From Tubiluchus corallicola (lineage: Eukaryota > Animalia > Priapulida): DNA of 64,000 nucleotides. Position numbers and translations under genes: made by a program. How positions within the stretch are numbered: the first letter of the stretch is position 1; the number at the start of each line of letters is the position of its first letter. The notes under the pieces are model-generated. The model saw only the letters and a program-made list of their open reading frames with translations, was not told where the DNA came from and did not search any database. The stretch lies in the NCBI GenBank assembly GCA_030141605.1, contig JAQGDQ010000693.1:47451-111450 (forward strand). Reading direction: 5' to 3'. Below, piece after piece: positions 14,001-29,000 of this stretch.

Positions 14001-17000
14001 CTGTAGTACATTATTATTTTGTCCATTTATCTCCACAACTTATAATAACTGCAATGCAACACTGCTAAATGTTTCAAATCTACACATTTTAAATCAGAAC
14101 AATATTGCTATGTTGTACTTCTGCAAACTGAAGTACCGTCCTGCACGCCACAAGCTCTAGCTATGCTGCTGGTGCGTAATTTTAGAGTAAAAAAAGATTG
14201 CTGATTTTTTCTTGTTATCTAAGGGTTGTCTGTTCCAGGTTTATCTGTTTATCATTTTTAGAAAAAAAATTGAGACCATTTCACATGGTAACTTTTCTAA
14301 AACTTTGAATCACATTCTAAAGTACTAATTAAGTATAAACTTTGTATACCTGTATTAAATTCTAATTAAACGTAAACCGGAAATAAGCACAGGAAGTTGA
14401 GTTCTTTATCAAATTATACGGACTTATCTCTTCCAAAAGTGAGTGTCATATAAACTACCAAATTCACAGGTTATGTTAGTATTTTTAATAATAGGTGCTT
14501 TTTGTCCATTTAAGTTACCTAAGACATGTATACAAGTTACTTAGGACTTAAGTTATGTAACACATGGAGTTTACTAATTTCCCTCTAAATATGTGACATT
14601 TTTGAAATTTTACTTTGGCGCATGTCTTAAAATAGCAGCTTTTTCAGATGCTGAAATGGCAGATAGATCAACACAACAACGAAGTTCTGTCATCTATTGA
14701 CACAGGAAATGAGCTCACAGGAAAGGTCAATTGTCCACTTTTACAGTCTCATGTGTCATCGCTGAGTAATCGGTGGAATCAGATCAGATCTGGTGTTAAA
14801 CAGGTAAACAGCTAATTCTTTTGGAAACATTTATCAAAATCTTTGTAGCCAGTTTTAAGAAAACACGCACTTCTGTTGTTTCTGTTTGCTTTTATAGGAC
14901 TTAGACAAACTGGAAAACATGCTAAGCTTGCAGGCTTCATTCCAGCAAGAATTAAGCACTTTCAGTTGGTGGCTTCACAACAAACAGCATGAGCTTTCAG
15001 AGATCTCAGACATGCGGCCGGCTGATGTGGCACACGACAATGTCGTGGCAGCACTTGCTCAATTACTGGTAAGTTAACAAAGATTAGCAAAAAGTGGGGA
15101 TTCTATTGACTTCATTCAAGCACACTGTTCAGCTGGCTTAAAGAGGATTTCTTACTGTTTTTTAGTCTTGAGTGCTTTGTTTGTTTGTTTTTTATTATGA
15201 CGATCTTATTTTTTATTTTGGTGTAGAATTTGAAAACTTATCCAGTTGCTGTTTGTTAAGCCCAGCCCAATTGAAAACTTGTTGTGCTGTACGGCCTAAA
15301 CAGCAAAGCTCATTAAGCTGGCGTAAATTGACTACCTTGCTTGATTTAAGAAAACTACTTGTATACTACATATGTGTGAAAAGAAAGTTTTGCAAAAACA
15401 TGCATCCATGATACTTCCTTGTAAGTTGATTTTGTATTCATTTTTTAATTTGTTTTTATGTTCTACAATATTTTTTAGGGGTTGCGGCGTAGTATTGATG
15501 TGCAAGAGGAACGAAAAGAGAAGTTGAATTTACTGGGAAATCAGTTGATTAGTGCGCATCCACATAATGCTGCTGATGTGAGCACGCAAATTACATCTGT
15601 AAACAGACAATGGGATGATCTCATTAGAGGTAATTTATTTTTTTTTGGGGTGGGATTTATTTTATAATTCCATCTAGTAATTTAATCCTTATAATAACTG
15701 TGAGAATGTAGCATTCTATTTTAGCTCTCATTTACATGAAGTCGCTTACAATTTTGTTATATAATTTCCCTCTAATTGACCTTTTCGTTTAAGGAATACC
15801 GTTGACAGAGAAACCATTTGTCAGCTATGAAGTTGATACCTCCACGCCGCAGGTCACCATGCATCAACTTGCTGACTGGCTGCGTGACGTGTCTAGAACA
15901 CTGTCTGAAGATCGCATCACGTCACTGGCATCTTATGAGCATCTGCAAACAACCTTGAACAAGTATCAAGTATGTCTTACAGCTGTGTCAATTTATGAAC
16001 TCAAATGCTTTGTTGGTTTCTTTGCAGGTGCTGATTTGCTGCACTTACAGTTTGAATTTTGTTCAGTAATCACAACTTCTGGAAGTGTTAATCAAACTTT
16101 CCAGAAGTTCTTAAGCAACCAGCAGTTTAATCTTTGCTACAGTTTTATAGGAAATGCGTTTTGTCACAAAACAAGGCTGTGAGAAAGGAAAACTAACAAA
16201 AATGAATGATCTTGTTATTATTGATAATAAATGCTTAACATCAGCTGTGTTAAAGAGGCCAATTAAAGCATCATTGCATTCACAGTGCTGTAGATTGCTG
16301 AAATTTGTAACTCATTTTGTAAGAAAAAAATTATTTCTATTATTATCTATGCAAAAGAAAACATGATATAAATACAGTAGATGTCGCTTAGTAGACTCAC
16401 TTTGAGAGGGCAGTCTTTTGACCAAATTAACCCGTTCACCGAGGGGTGTTGTGTTACTAGATGTATGTGTCATCGCTCTTCAAATTAGTATCCACTGCAA
16501 AGGCTGAAAAGAGTTTTAAATGTTACGTCGTTATGCTCATCAAAATTAACTCTTTACTCTTGCTCTATGATGTTTATATTTGTAAGTCACAAAGAATATT
16601 GGCAGATTACTGCAGCTGTATCGCTAACATAACACCGACAGTTTAGTGATTGAACATTCTGTGAAAAGTAACAAGTGCTTCGAAAACAAAACCACTTGGC
16701 ATGTGATTAAAAGCTTAGCTTCCATAAATAGGTGACAAGGTTAATTGCAGCGGATGAGTGAGTGACTGATTCAAAGCAAAACTGCTACACTAGCATATTA
16801 GTACATGACAAACATACTTGCTTACAAACAAAATGGTACTTAACATCACTGCTTGAACTTATATTACAGTGCACATAAACGAAGCGAAGATGACATAAAA
16901 ATTGTAATGCTCTTTGATCACACACAAGTGTCTTATTTTAACGGCAGGAACAAAAATATTGAGTCATTTATGCAAATTGCCGACAGTTTTTATGTACATT

Positions 17001-20000
17001 TGAGTAGGAACAGCCCTTACCAGACGTTTTTGAGTCAATTAGGCCACTGATTCTATTATAGCGTGAGCCAACTATCGTTCGTACTATTGTTTGATAAGTT
17101 TGTGTAATCAAATGTCTATTCTACTTAGGGAATAAAAGTTGAAATAGCCAGCAAGCAAACTGTTATAAACCAAATCAATATGTCAGTGTCTAAACTGGAT
17201 GTGATTGATCAAGAACAAACGGAATTGTCGGAAACTCTTGGCAACGTTAACCAACTATGGCTGGTGAGGATGAGATATAAATTGTTCACTGATATTTTTT
17301 CTGCAGACTCTAAGAATGATTCAGTACATTTGTAGAGCATAATATTGCTGTATAGCAGTAAAAATACCACTATCTTCTCAAAGAAAGTTCATGTTTTTAT
17401 GATAAAAAGTTAATCTACAAGAGACACATATAGAGCTTTTAAGTTCCACAGTCAGAATGATCATTTACGCTACTATCAATGTACCAACAAAGCTCTGAAT
17501 TTTAAAACCTTAATGGGTGTAGGAACTTTATTGATTTATGCTGTGTTAATGTGTCTAATGCTTTTTCCGTCGATTATGTTGTGTTAACGATGCCTGCTTT
17601 ATTGAACCGCCATTAACTTACCTGAAATCCATATTACAACAGGACATAATGCTTGTGTAGTGCCTGCTTGTATGAAAGATGGAGAATTCATATTTTTCTC
17701 TTTCAAATGCAACAAGTTCGTAATAAAGCATAGCAATAATTATTTTTGCGGAATTTTTCAGGTCGTTTCTAGTGAAGTGGCTCACGTGTTGAAAAATCTT
17801 GAGCAGGCATATGTCAGCTGGACTGAGTTGAATGATGCTTGGAACGAGATACAGACATGGATACAGCATACCAGTGCCAGTCTAGAGGCATGTCAGAAGG
17901 CAACAGATCGTATTGCTATCAATGCTTCACTGCGAGAAATTAAGGTAGGATTGTAATCATACCCTTTTGGATATAAATCACTTATATCTGACAATACATT
18001 AATACTTGAATGGCAGATATTGTTTTAATGCTTAATAAAATTTGAATGAGTATTGTTTTCTAAATTAGGAGTTTGCTATAATAGCTAGAATGATTACTCA
18101 CTGTTAAAAACACAGAAAAAACAAAAAAATGCCGAAAAAGTAGAAAAAAAATGAGCCATCTATTGCTTACGTAGAAATAATTATCGCTGCAATTTAATGC
18201 TTTGAAAATGCCAGAATAATTGAAGGAAAAAATAGAAACTTTTGGATGATGAAAGAAATTGTTACTATAATGCATCATAATTATGCAACTATATAGTAGC
18301 ATTGAGCTGTGAGTGAATCTTAGAAGGCAAAAATGTAAATGCGAGAATTTCAATGTGATAAATTTGTAAAGTTTCCTAAATATATTGAATGGAGAGAGAA
18401 GCTGTAAACTGTATCAATAGCTCTATCTGGTATGTCTTTACTTTTACCATCGATAGTAACTGCCACGAGAAACAGGTTCTCACGAGAAACACCGTCTTAT
18501 TTCCAGGTTCACAAGCAAGAGCTGCAAACTCGACTATCAAAGTTGACAAGCATGCAGGCTAGTTCTCAGCTGTTGTGTCAGACAGTGCCCGAGTGCACAG
18601 ACTCGATACAAGTTACGTTAGCATCTCTACATCAAGCATTAAATGCAATGGGAACCAACTTAAACGATACTGAGAGTGAGTTACGAGAACGAAATTGCCA
18701 GCTGAAGGAATTTGACCAGGTGTGTAATGATTGTGTGTTTACTAATTTTTAATATGACGAATATTGATTGTCTAAGCGTGCTTGCTAGGAAATTTATATT
18801 TGCTATGATACCAAAAAAGAAACCTGCAGTAAGGTAAGACATTATGATATACAAAAGATACATATTGTGATAGGTCTTGAATCGACATGTCTTGACTATT
18901 AATTGTGAAAAGCAGAAAGCAAAAATGTGAGTATTAAAAAGCAAAAAGATATATTGTTCTGTGTTTTTCCAATTAGTGTGTGGAAGATTTGGAGAAAATC
19001 CTAGGTTCTGCTGCCGTATTGGTTGCGCAGTCCGAAACCATTTCCGGTGATCTTGAAACATTACAGCAGCAAATTGAAGAACTACAGACTCTGCATAGTC
19101 AACTTAACCTATCACAGCCAGCAGATAACTTACTGGACAAGGCTAAGGAGATTCAGACATGGATCCCACATCATGAGAGCTATCCAAGACAAAAGTTGAA
19201 TAGTACATGTCATAGTGTTCAAAACAGGTACAATCATTTTATATTTCATTAGATAGTTTAGTTAACATATTAACACATCTTTAAAATTTAAAGATTTGGT
19301 AAAAATACCAAGAAGAAATTCTTAGAAATGCAATCTTTCTGAACTGCAAATTGTTCTTCATGTTACTTTTCTGAAATTGTCATTTACTTTGCACTTGATT
19401 TTTAATGTTGCAAAATTAACGTATAGGTCCTCGAGTCATTGAGTTTTGTTAAGTTTTCTTTAATGAAGCAGAACAAATAAATGAACATCTGAACACTAAA
19501 ACAATGCAATCAGCAATATAACAGCAGAACAGCATTTGAATCCATGCCTTCTGTGAGCCTCTTCCACCAGCTATATAATCTGTGAGACCATAACCTATTT
19601 TGTGGTGAGTTGCCTGGCTTTCAAAATGATGTAAAATTATTCAGCGCATCAATTATCAATCACATGTGCATATTATGCAGAAACAAAACAGTTAGTGCTT
19701 ATTTTCAGATGGAGAGACAGTGAGAACCAAGTAGGAGCAAAACTACAAGAGCTACGAGCTTTGTTGGCTAGATGGCAGCAGCTGGACAAAGAAATAAGCG
19801 AACTGCAAACATCCTTGAGCAGTCATGAGAATGCTTACCATAAGGTTTTATCATCAAAACCATCCAATATAATACATCAGCAACAATGTTGTCAGCTACT
19901 TCAGGTAAAGTTAATAAATCTTAGACTTTGTGAAAGAAATAGTTGAATAATCACTACTCTGTCGATTCAGTATCTCAATTTAGAAGATTATTCTTGAAAA

Positions 20001-23000
20001 TGACTACTATGTGCCACAGTTAGCAAAATACTAGGTAAGCTCTGCTCCTGCACGCTGGATTCAGGCTTGTAGTTAGCTGAACTGTATAAAGAAGACTACA
20101 TATTTTTAACTTTTCCATTAAACTTTGTAAGTAATCTGTTCTAAACCATGATTTAATTCATTTGCGTTCATTGTTTGTATTCATTTTCTTTTTTTGTGTT
20201 TTTGTATGATAGAAATAGTATTTAGCAAAGCTTTTTGTTGGAATTTTTAGAAATTACAAAGTGACACCGAAAATGATGTCACGTTAGTACAAGAGAAAGC
20301 TGTAGAATTTGACAGTGTCTGTCTCTCACTGGACAATAGTTGTGCTGCTTTAGTTCGTTCACAGCAGACATCCTTAGAACACAATATTTCTGCCTTAAGC
20401 AAGAACTTAAACTCAAAGAAAGAGGCGCTCACACTGCAGGCAGAAAATGCTGGGATGAAAGAAATACCATGTATCAATTCTGTGAAAGCATTAATTAATC
20501 GGGCAGAGACTGTGCTGACATCTACCGGCGACATTGAGACTAAGACACCTGAGCAGATTAATGAACAACTTTCACAAGTACAGGTATGTTTATATTTGTA
20601 AATCACCTCATTTGCAATTTTTAAAATTTGTAACTTATGGCGACAGTTAAGCAAAGAAAGCATTAAATGAAGTTTCAATTAAGGTTCAACAGCCATAACT
20701 GTAATATTTAATGTGTGTTTTTAGGATCTTTTAGAAGAATTTGCTGAGATATCGCCAGAATGCCACCGTTTGCTATTTCGTGTTGGCGACATAACATTAG
20801 ATCCAACTGTCTCTGCTCAGCTTAGAGAGGTCATGGTGCAATGGCCGACCATTTACCAGAAACTGAAGGAACGCTATGTAAAGTTACTTGACGAGATGAT
20901 GTTGTCAGTGAGCTTTAATGAGAAATGCAAACAGTGGAACACATTTGTGGATAGGTGTGATGCTTGTCTTGATGAAATTATTGCAGAAAACAAAGCCGAC
21001 ATTGAGAAGCAGCAGCGAGAATTACAGGTACTATGCTTATCTTGTTTGTATGCTCTTATTCGTAGTAACATTGATGATTTTCTTTTTATGCAATATTTGT
21101 TTATCTTCTCATTTGTTTATTCAGTCGTTCATTCTTTCTTCGACTTGTTCATCCGTTTATGTACCCGTTTTATCGGTTTCTCAGTTGGTTAATTGCTTGA
21201 CTGATTGGTTGGTCGGTTAGTTGATCAGTGTTGTTAACCGATTGATTATTTATTTTCAGACATTAACTGCAATGCTACCAGGACAGCAGCATCTACTGGA
21301 AGCTATTCTTAACGACGGTCATGCAATACTGAATCACGGGACAGTCAGTAATCAACCAGCCTTCAAAAAACTTTTGAACGCTATACAAGAACGGGGCAAG
21401 AATGTAATTCAAAGGCTAAGGGAAAGACATGTAGAAGTGGACAAACGGTGTCTCCTATGGGATGTTCACCAAGAACAATATCAGAGGTCATTTTTGTCAG
21501 ATTCATCAAATGCACATGTGCTTTAATGGGTGACATTAGCTGGTAGAAGGATGCAAACTTCTAAAACAGTTTTCTAGTATTTAGCAATTGATGTCAAACA
21601 TATTGGTCTATTGCTCCGCCCCCACTGTTACGTGAGCACGCTCAGCAGCATTTGAGACAACAGCTCACGCAGGACAACAACTGTCTAAACTAAACGGAAG
21701 TAAACAACATGACAGTCACAACTAATGTCTAATCAGCAGACAAACTGATTGCGCTTTTTCATAAACACAGATTTGCAGAGCAGCAGCTATTTTTACATGA
21801 AATTTACACTTCAAGTAGCCAAAAAATGACTTTTCAATTTAAACAGAATATAGAGACGAAGTTTCGAAGCACTGCAAAATACAGAGACAAGCATAATAAA
21901 GAAACGAAGCCAGTTAGCTTTGCTTTACAACAAATTAACAACAAAAATATTGTCTCTCTTGCCTTTAAACATACGAACATCAAGCCTGCGATGTACTTTT
22001 CTATATATCAACTGATCACGTCTGCAAGATTTATTCAGTTTTTGTAATTTTCCGTTTGTCAGGCGACGGAAATGGAATAAATTTGACCGTTCCATTCCAT
22101 AGACGACCCTTATATTAAATGCCCGAGTCACATGAGCCCCAATGGCATCTTTTAACTATGATTATAACCAGGAAAATAGCGCAGAATTAGCTAATATTAC
22201 ACTGATGTATAATGTAAGTTTTGACCACATTTGAATTAATTTTGACTGTGAAGATGAGGTTTATAAAAGCTGGCCAAAAAACAAAACATTTTGTTTTGTC
22301 CTTATTTAAAGTTAATTAAAAAGTTGTTTTTATCTAACTTGCAAAGCCATAAACTAAACTAAACAGCATATTTTCTTGATTGCAAAATGGTTTAATTAGC
22401 AACTCATAGACGTAAGCGTTCTGCATTTCTTCCTATAAACGAAACTAGACTATGTATTTCCACTAATTCATTTGCAATTTCAATTGACAATAATAAAATC
22501 TAGAATCAGGCCAATATTTCTCACGCTAACTAATGAAAAGTTGAACATTTTTCATAACAGTATTAGCCGAAGCTGTAGCTAAATGTCCCAAATGTACCTG
22601 CGTTAATTAAGCTCTGCAGGGGTGCAAAATAACTTGCATGCTGATTGGGCAGTCAACGAAAATGATTGACATTATGTTAGACGTCAATTATCCTGTCTGA
22701 TTACTTAAGTGTCGTAATGTTTTTCTCTCTTTTATATTCAAAAATTTCGTCAGCTCTTAATGTAAAAATTAGAACAAGGTAGAGAAAACAGATAGCATTC
22801 ATTTTTAGTGCAATTTATTTTTATAATTTTAGGTTTACACGGTGGCTGAGCATTGCTGAAGAGAGAACTCCTAGCCCTGAAATACCTGGTTTATCTGTAG
22901 ATAAAGTACAGCAACTGTCAGCCGAAGTCGAGGTATTTTATATTATTATTATATTTTAAAATTAGTTGATAATAGTTTTTTTGTTAGTCGTCCTTATTTC

Positions 23001-26000
23001 ATTTGTAAATGGGGTATTCAAAAGAATCATTTGCATAATGTATGTCGGAATACTGCAATAATGTTACAGTGCTGATTTGATTTTAGTTAGTATGAAATGT
23101 ATTTTTCATTTTTACTGCAAATTTTTTTAAACTACAGATTTAAGAAAACCAAAATATGACACTATTTGTCTGTTTAGTTGCAGCAGCAAGCTTATGGTCT
23201 GAGAAGCAAAGATCTTTCTAGTTTACATGATTCTTGCCATGAATTGCAACCATTCCTCAGTGCCGAAGTTCGAAATACCTATACCCAGAATCTTGATGAC
23301 TTAGACTGTCGTTGGAACAATCTTGCTACGAAAGTTCAGGATCTGAAATACGAATTCCAGGTGATTAACAAATTTGGCTTCCTTTCATTAATAGATATGT
23401 TTGTGCTTTAGCGACCAAAATAGATAAAGTATCTGTTGATGGTAATATCGTGATAAATCTACTAAGGTATTAATTATTTCCTTCATAGTGACCTGATTAG
23501 GTAAGAAATCTGGCATGAAAGTGACCGAATATTTGCTAAGTGACCACAGTTAAGCAATGCTAAACTTAGTCAGCAAGCAGATGGTATCTGCGTAGACAAC
23601 TACTTCTAGACTGCTTCAGCTGCTAGTTTCCACTAGTACTGCTCCCAATTATTTACCTCTTTTTGAGACATACAAATTTGTCTATTGCTAGGTCCACTTC
23701 TGGCAGTTTAGTGTCATACTTTGAAAGTTGCTCATGGTAATGAAATACCCACCACTCTGCCAGTTAGTATTTGATTCCAGCTTGTAAAGAGTGTCAAAGT
23801 GAATGTATAAAAAGTGCAGTCAACTATGTCTCTAATGCACTTAGTTCAATAACACTTGTTGGCATTATACCGTCACTATACTTCAGAGTATGCTGAATCC
23901 TTGGAATGAGTGTGATGATGCCATTAGTGATGCCATCGCTTTGCTAGCCAGTACAAAAGCCATTACTGAGAGAGATATTCCTTCCAATTCAGCCGAACTC
24001 GTTAACGAACTGCAGATTTGCAAGGTATTGTCAACTTTTTTATTTGACGTTAACACGAATAGATATTCTTGCATCTACTGGTTATGAGTGGTCTGCTTTG
24101 CTTAAGTATAGCTACAGAAAGATTTCTCATCTGATCTGCTTTGTGCTTCACAGTTAAAAAATTTAAAACTTATTTTACATGAACGTCTTGCTTCTTTCAC
24201 TTAAGTTGTTGAGATCAGGTTTATTCATTTAATGATTTATTATTAATTTCTTTAAAAAGAGTTCACATATTTGTGCATTTTGTTGTACTAATATATTATA
24301 CTATTTTTGTTGCCAATTTTACAGCAGTGTGAAGGTGACATCAAAAATTTGGAAGATGATTTAACGAAATTATTCCATGAGAAATCCAAACTGCTGTCCA
24401 CCAGACTTAATGACGAAGACTGTATTGTGTTGGATCAGCGCTTTGATTTGATTTTGAAACTTCTTGCAGAAAGAGCAAATCAGGTGCCATTAAGTTTTTC
24501 ATTTCTATAATAATGCTCTTTACTCGGTCAAGTTAAAGATTACTAATGTATGAATTCTTACACATTAGTTAATAGTCTTGTTTACTGCATCTAAAGGTGC
24601 AACATCATTTTCTTTTCAGATCCAGCATAGACAACAACAGTTGGAACAAGCACTCAACCAGTGGTCTGTGTTTGATGTACAATGTGGCAATCTTCTTTCA
24701 TGGCTGAATAACATGGACACCCGTGTTACTCAAACCGGGGGCTTTCACATAGAAGAAATGCTGTCTTTGCTAGAGAAGGTATAACCTGTGTCATTAGAAT
24801 GTCTCAGTAGTAAGCTTAAGTGTTATTCAGGCTACTGCAAAAAAATTACAATTATTTTCTTGTGCTTGGACAACGGGTTTATTGTTTAATTTTTAGTGGC
24901 TAAAACAAACTACATCCAGTTATGTTTAATGCTTGTCAATGCATTTTATATTATGATAGTTGCGATATTACCTGTCTGCAATAAAGATCAGTTTGGTCAT
25001 ACTGGTCAAAATATGCATCAGTTTAGCTGTAATATTTAAACTATTAACTAATTCCAAAGCTATTCTTAGGTGTCTTTAATAAGAAAATACCTGTGTAACC
25101 TTTGTCCATTCATTGTTTATCTAGGAGTTGATACCTTCAATTACCAAGAAGGATGAACAATTGGCAGAAATTAAATCGTTTGGCAGCCAACTAAAGTCAT
25201 CGAGTGCCGATGAACAGGCTGCAGCTATACAGGACAAATTAGACTTGTTAGAGCAAACAAGAATGCAGCTGAAATCTAATTGCGAAAATAGGTAAGACTT
25301 ATTTGATTTAATTACCATAATATGTTCAATGGCTATGTGGTGGTCGTTAATGCGATGTGCTTTGAAATTACTATTTCTTAATTTACCGTATTTTCCCGTG
25401 TATAAGAGACCCTTTTTTGCTCAGAATTTTCACTTTAAAAATAGGGGGTCTCTTATACATGGGAGTAAGTCTTTTCAATAAGATGCATAAATTGTGACAC
25501 TAATGATTTTAAAGAAATAAGTGCTCTACAACTGTTTTATTTCGAATAATTATAGTTTCCTTTCAATAAATCTTCTCCATGGCTAAATTCTAATGATAAA
25601 ATTAATGTACCGGGTAAGTTATTATTTTTTTAAATGTCTCTTTGGCATAAGCTCTCTGCATGCCCGTCGACGTCATTGATACGTCGGCAGAGGTCAACGA
25701 GATGAGTCAGCCTAAGCAAGGCGTGTCGCGTTCGACTATGAAGCGGTTGTAAGCAATACAAGCATCGTGACACAGGTCTGACTCCAGTTGATATTTTTGA
25801 TGAGAGTGATGAGGAATTTAATGATTTCTATGATGAATAAAGTTATTCATTACCAAAAAACTTTTTTCCAGAATTTTTGCCTAAAAATTGAAGGGGTCTC
25901 TTATACACAAGGGTCTCTTATACATGGGAAAATACGGTAATCTCTGTTACTGTTTGTCACCAAAATCTATGTGTTGTACACAAATTTAAAGTGTAGAACT

Positions 26001-29000
26001 GCACCTAGGCATCTGTTGCTGCTATGAATACAATGTAATTCGTAACCTGATCTGCCTGATTTTAAACACTAAGAGCAGCACAAGTAATTATAAAGCAATT
26101 ATTGTTGATTAACGCATTGACTGCCAGTTCGAGGATACTCGTACTAGAAAGTGCTCCACCTACAGGCTCTACAAGTATGCATGTAATTGACTAAATGCAT
26201 AGCCCACCGAATGTCCACCAATACACTTAAATGTTTTACTGGCAATTGGTTGAATGCTAGTACATGCACTGGCATGATAAGGTATGATTTTAAATACAAG
26301 TAGGCATTTATGATGCCATTTGCCAGTGTGTGTTTGTTATCGTGTTTTTCTTGGCATTTGAGACAAAACATTAGGATTATGGTATGGCAAGCAATGTGTT
26401 AACTAAAGTTGATCAGTCCTACATTTAACTAAAGCTTTATGTACGAGACAATCAAAAGTATTTATTATGATGTTATTAAGTGCTGCTATGTTGCTAACAA
26501 GGTCTTCGGTTTGACACCATGGATGCTTAACTGAGACTTAATTTGGCATGAAATTCCAGACATTGCATGAATTTGTTGCACATTTAGGTCTACCAAGCTT
26601 TGTGAAACCCTGGAGGCGATTCAGAACTTAGAAGCTAACATGGGACAATTGAGATCGTGGCTTGCTAGTACTGAACATGACCTCAGCAGCCCAATAACTT
26701 ATCAAGATTTCTCGCAAGCTGAAATCAACTCCCACCTCAAAAACCAACAAGTAAGTGCTTGATACTTTTTCAGTTATAACCTAAGTTATGTGACTGTTCT
26801 TTGTTAATGACGAATCAAGAAACTTTTAGATTTTTTTATCTGAAAATTGGTTGCTATTTTATTACATTAATTGGTTGCACTTAAAATTGCTCAAAAAGAT
26901 ATTTTTCAGGTAGTATGCCAATTATTGCCGAAAATTCTTGTGTGGATTACGGTTTTGTCTAATATACTTTAATTCAAGTGACTTTTATGTCAGTATAGTT
27001 TTTAGTGTCATCACTTTTAGAGAATATGAGATTTTTGAAGTGTGACTGCAAGATTGGTTAATGCTGATCTTGCAATGTATTTATAGCTCAATTTTAATGT
27101 TAGAACAAAAGTTGTAATGTGTTGAAATTATTTCCTGTAATGTAACTTTGTACGTTCTCTAGGACAAACAGGCTGATATTGATAATCACAGCCTGGCTGT
27201 AAGGTCTGTTCTGGACCTCTGTGATGTGTTATTAAATGACCCTGATGCCTGTTGTTCTGCCAGAGAGAAAGCCTCACTGCAGCAAGCTAAACATAGTTTA
27301 GAGAGAAGATGGAAAAGCATTACTAGTTTGTCTATGGATAAGCGATTAAAGTAAGTCTTATTAAGCTACAGTGCATTGCACACTGTTAGCATTGTACATT
27401 GGCCGAATGTTTTAGAGGGATGTCAATAGATTGTTTTTGGGTAGTTGGTATGTGCTTGAAGCTGTGCTTGGTCAGTTTCTGTAAATAAACAAACTGCTGT
27501 GCCAATTGAATTTTCTAGACTTTATATAATGGATTCAAATTTCAATTTTCGTATTTTTTAACTGTATTGCTTTCTTGGTGCAAAGTTTAGCAGCTGATAT
27601 CAGCACTCTGAACAGAAATCATACAGCAAATAACTAATTACATTAGATAATTTTTAAAGGCAAGACTGCTTTATATTGTTATGCCTTGGCAATTTTTTTC
27701 TTATATGATTGTTATCGATTTTAGGTTTTATATTCTATAATCAATTATTTTTCTCAGCTGCCAATGCAAATCTTTTGCATTGCCAGAGTATTTGTATTTA
27801 TCTTATGATAAAACCACAAAAATTGCATGATAAACGTAACCATCACAGCAACGAAATCAAGCAACGTGGCACTACCTTTGCGTAGTAACTTATTACCCTG
27901 GTGAGATGTTGCTTAGTCGTGAAGGTTTCTCATAAATACGAACACAGTGTTAGAAGCCATTTAGTGTGCTAGCCCATTTTGGTATACAGCACTTGTTTTC
28001 ATATACTTGGTGCATGTATGGTAGTGCAAGTGCAGTATATAGGGTAGTGCGCTAAACGTGGCACAGTACATGTGATAATGTCGTTATTTATGCACACCAG
28101 CTTTCTTAACAAAATTTGTAGACAAAAATAAACCAGTTTTGTTGGACTGTTTTTTAAATTTAATATTTATAAAATAAACTCATTTAAAACTTATGCTTTA
28201 CTTCATACTTTTCTACTGTCATTGTAATTAAAACAGCAATGGTTAAGATGAGAAACATGTTACACTCAAAGTGTTATTTAACAAAATTTTGAAATTACTC
28301 ATTTTTTATGCCTAAAACGAACTTTAAGCAATATATGATTAATCCGTTATGAAAATGAAGCTGATGTCCCACCATTAGTGTAAACCATGTACTAAATGTA
28401 CTTTTATTGTGCTGCAATTTTGGAATTCATTTTGTAGAATTAACCAATATTTGTTTTATTCTCCTGGTAGGATTGAAGAAACATCACGTTTGTGGCAGAA
28501 ATTAGCGGAGGATCATTCCGTGTTCAATGCATGGTTGGCTGGTGCGGAAGAACAAGCCAGTCACCCTGAGACTGTTTATATAACCCACAACCAAGCACTG
28601 GAGACAAGTGCAGAATTTAATGTAAGCTCATATGATGTCAATTTGATGTTATGCATAATTTTTGTGCATAACAATGTATAATTTTCCTGTATATCAGTTT
28701 AAAAAACAAATTGTGTGAACCTATACAGGTGGCCCAATAGAAATAATTTCATTATTTTTTCAGGAGTTGAAGAAAAATGTGCAAGAAAATTATACTCAGC
28801 TAGAATGGATTAATAAACAGTACCGTAAATTAGCACGAGAAGGTGCTGTTGATGCAGCTGGAGTTTTGCGACGCCTCGTATTGGATGCCAACAGTCGCTA
28901 TGATGCGTTGCTGTTTCGGTAATACTTTAATTGTTGTACTGTTACTATATTTTAATACTACTTAAATGCACGTCCTGTTTTTACTGGTTGTGTTATAAAT

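Noticed and set aside
21100-21250. Degenerate TTC/TTGG-type simple repeat and overlapping ORF tails
   Set aside because: Low-complexity intronic sequence; the hydrophobic ORF tails here and after other exons are intron read-through.
21586-22689. 17-bp inverted repeat pair ~1.1 kb apart
   Set aside because: Could be an old MITE, but the similarity does not extend and no TSD is visible.
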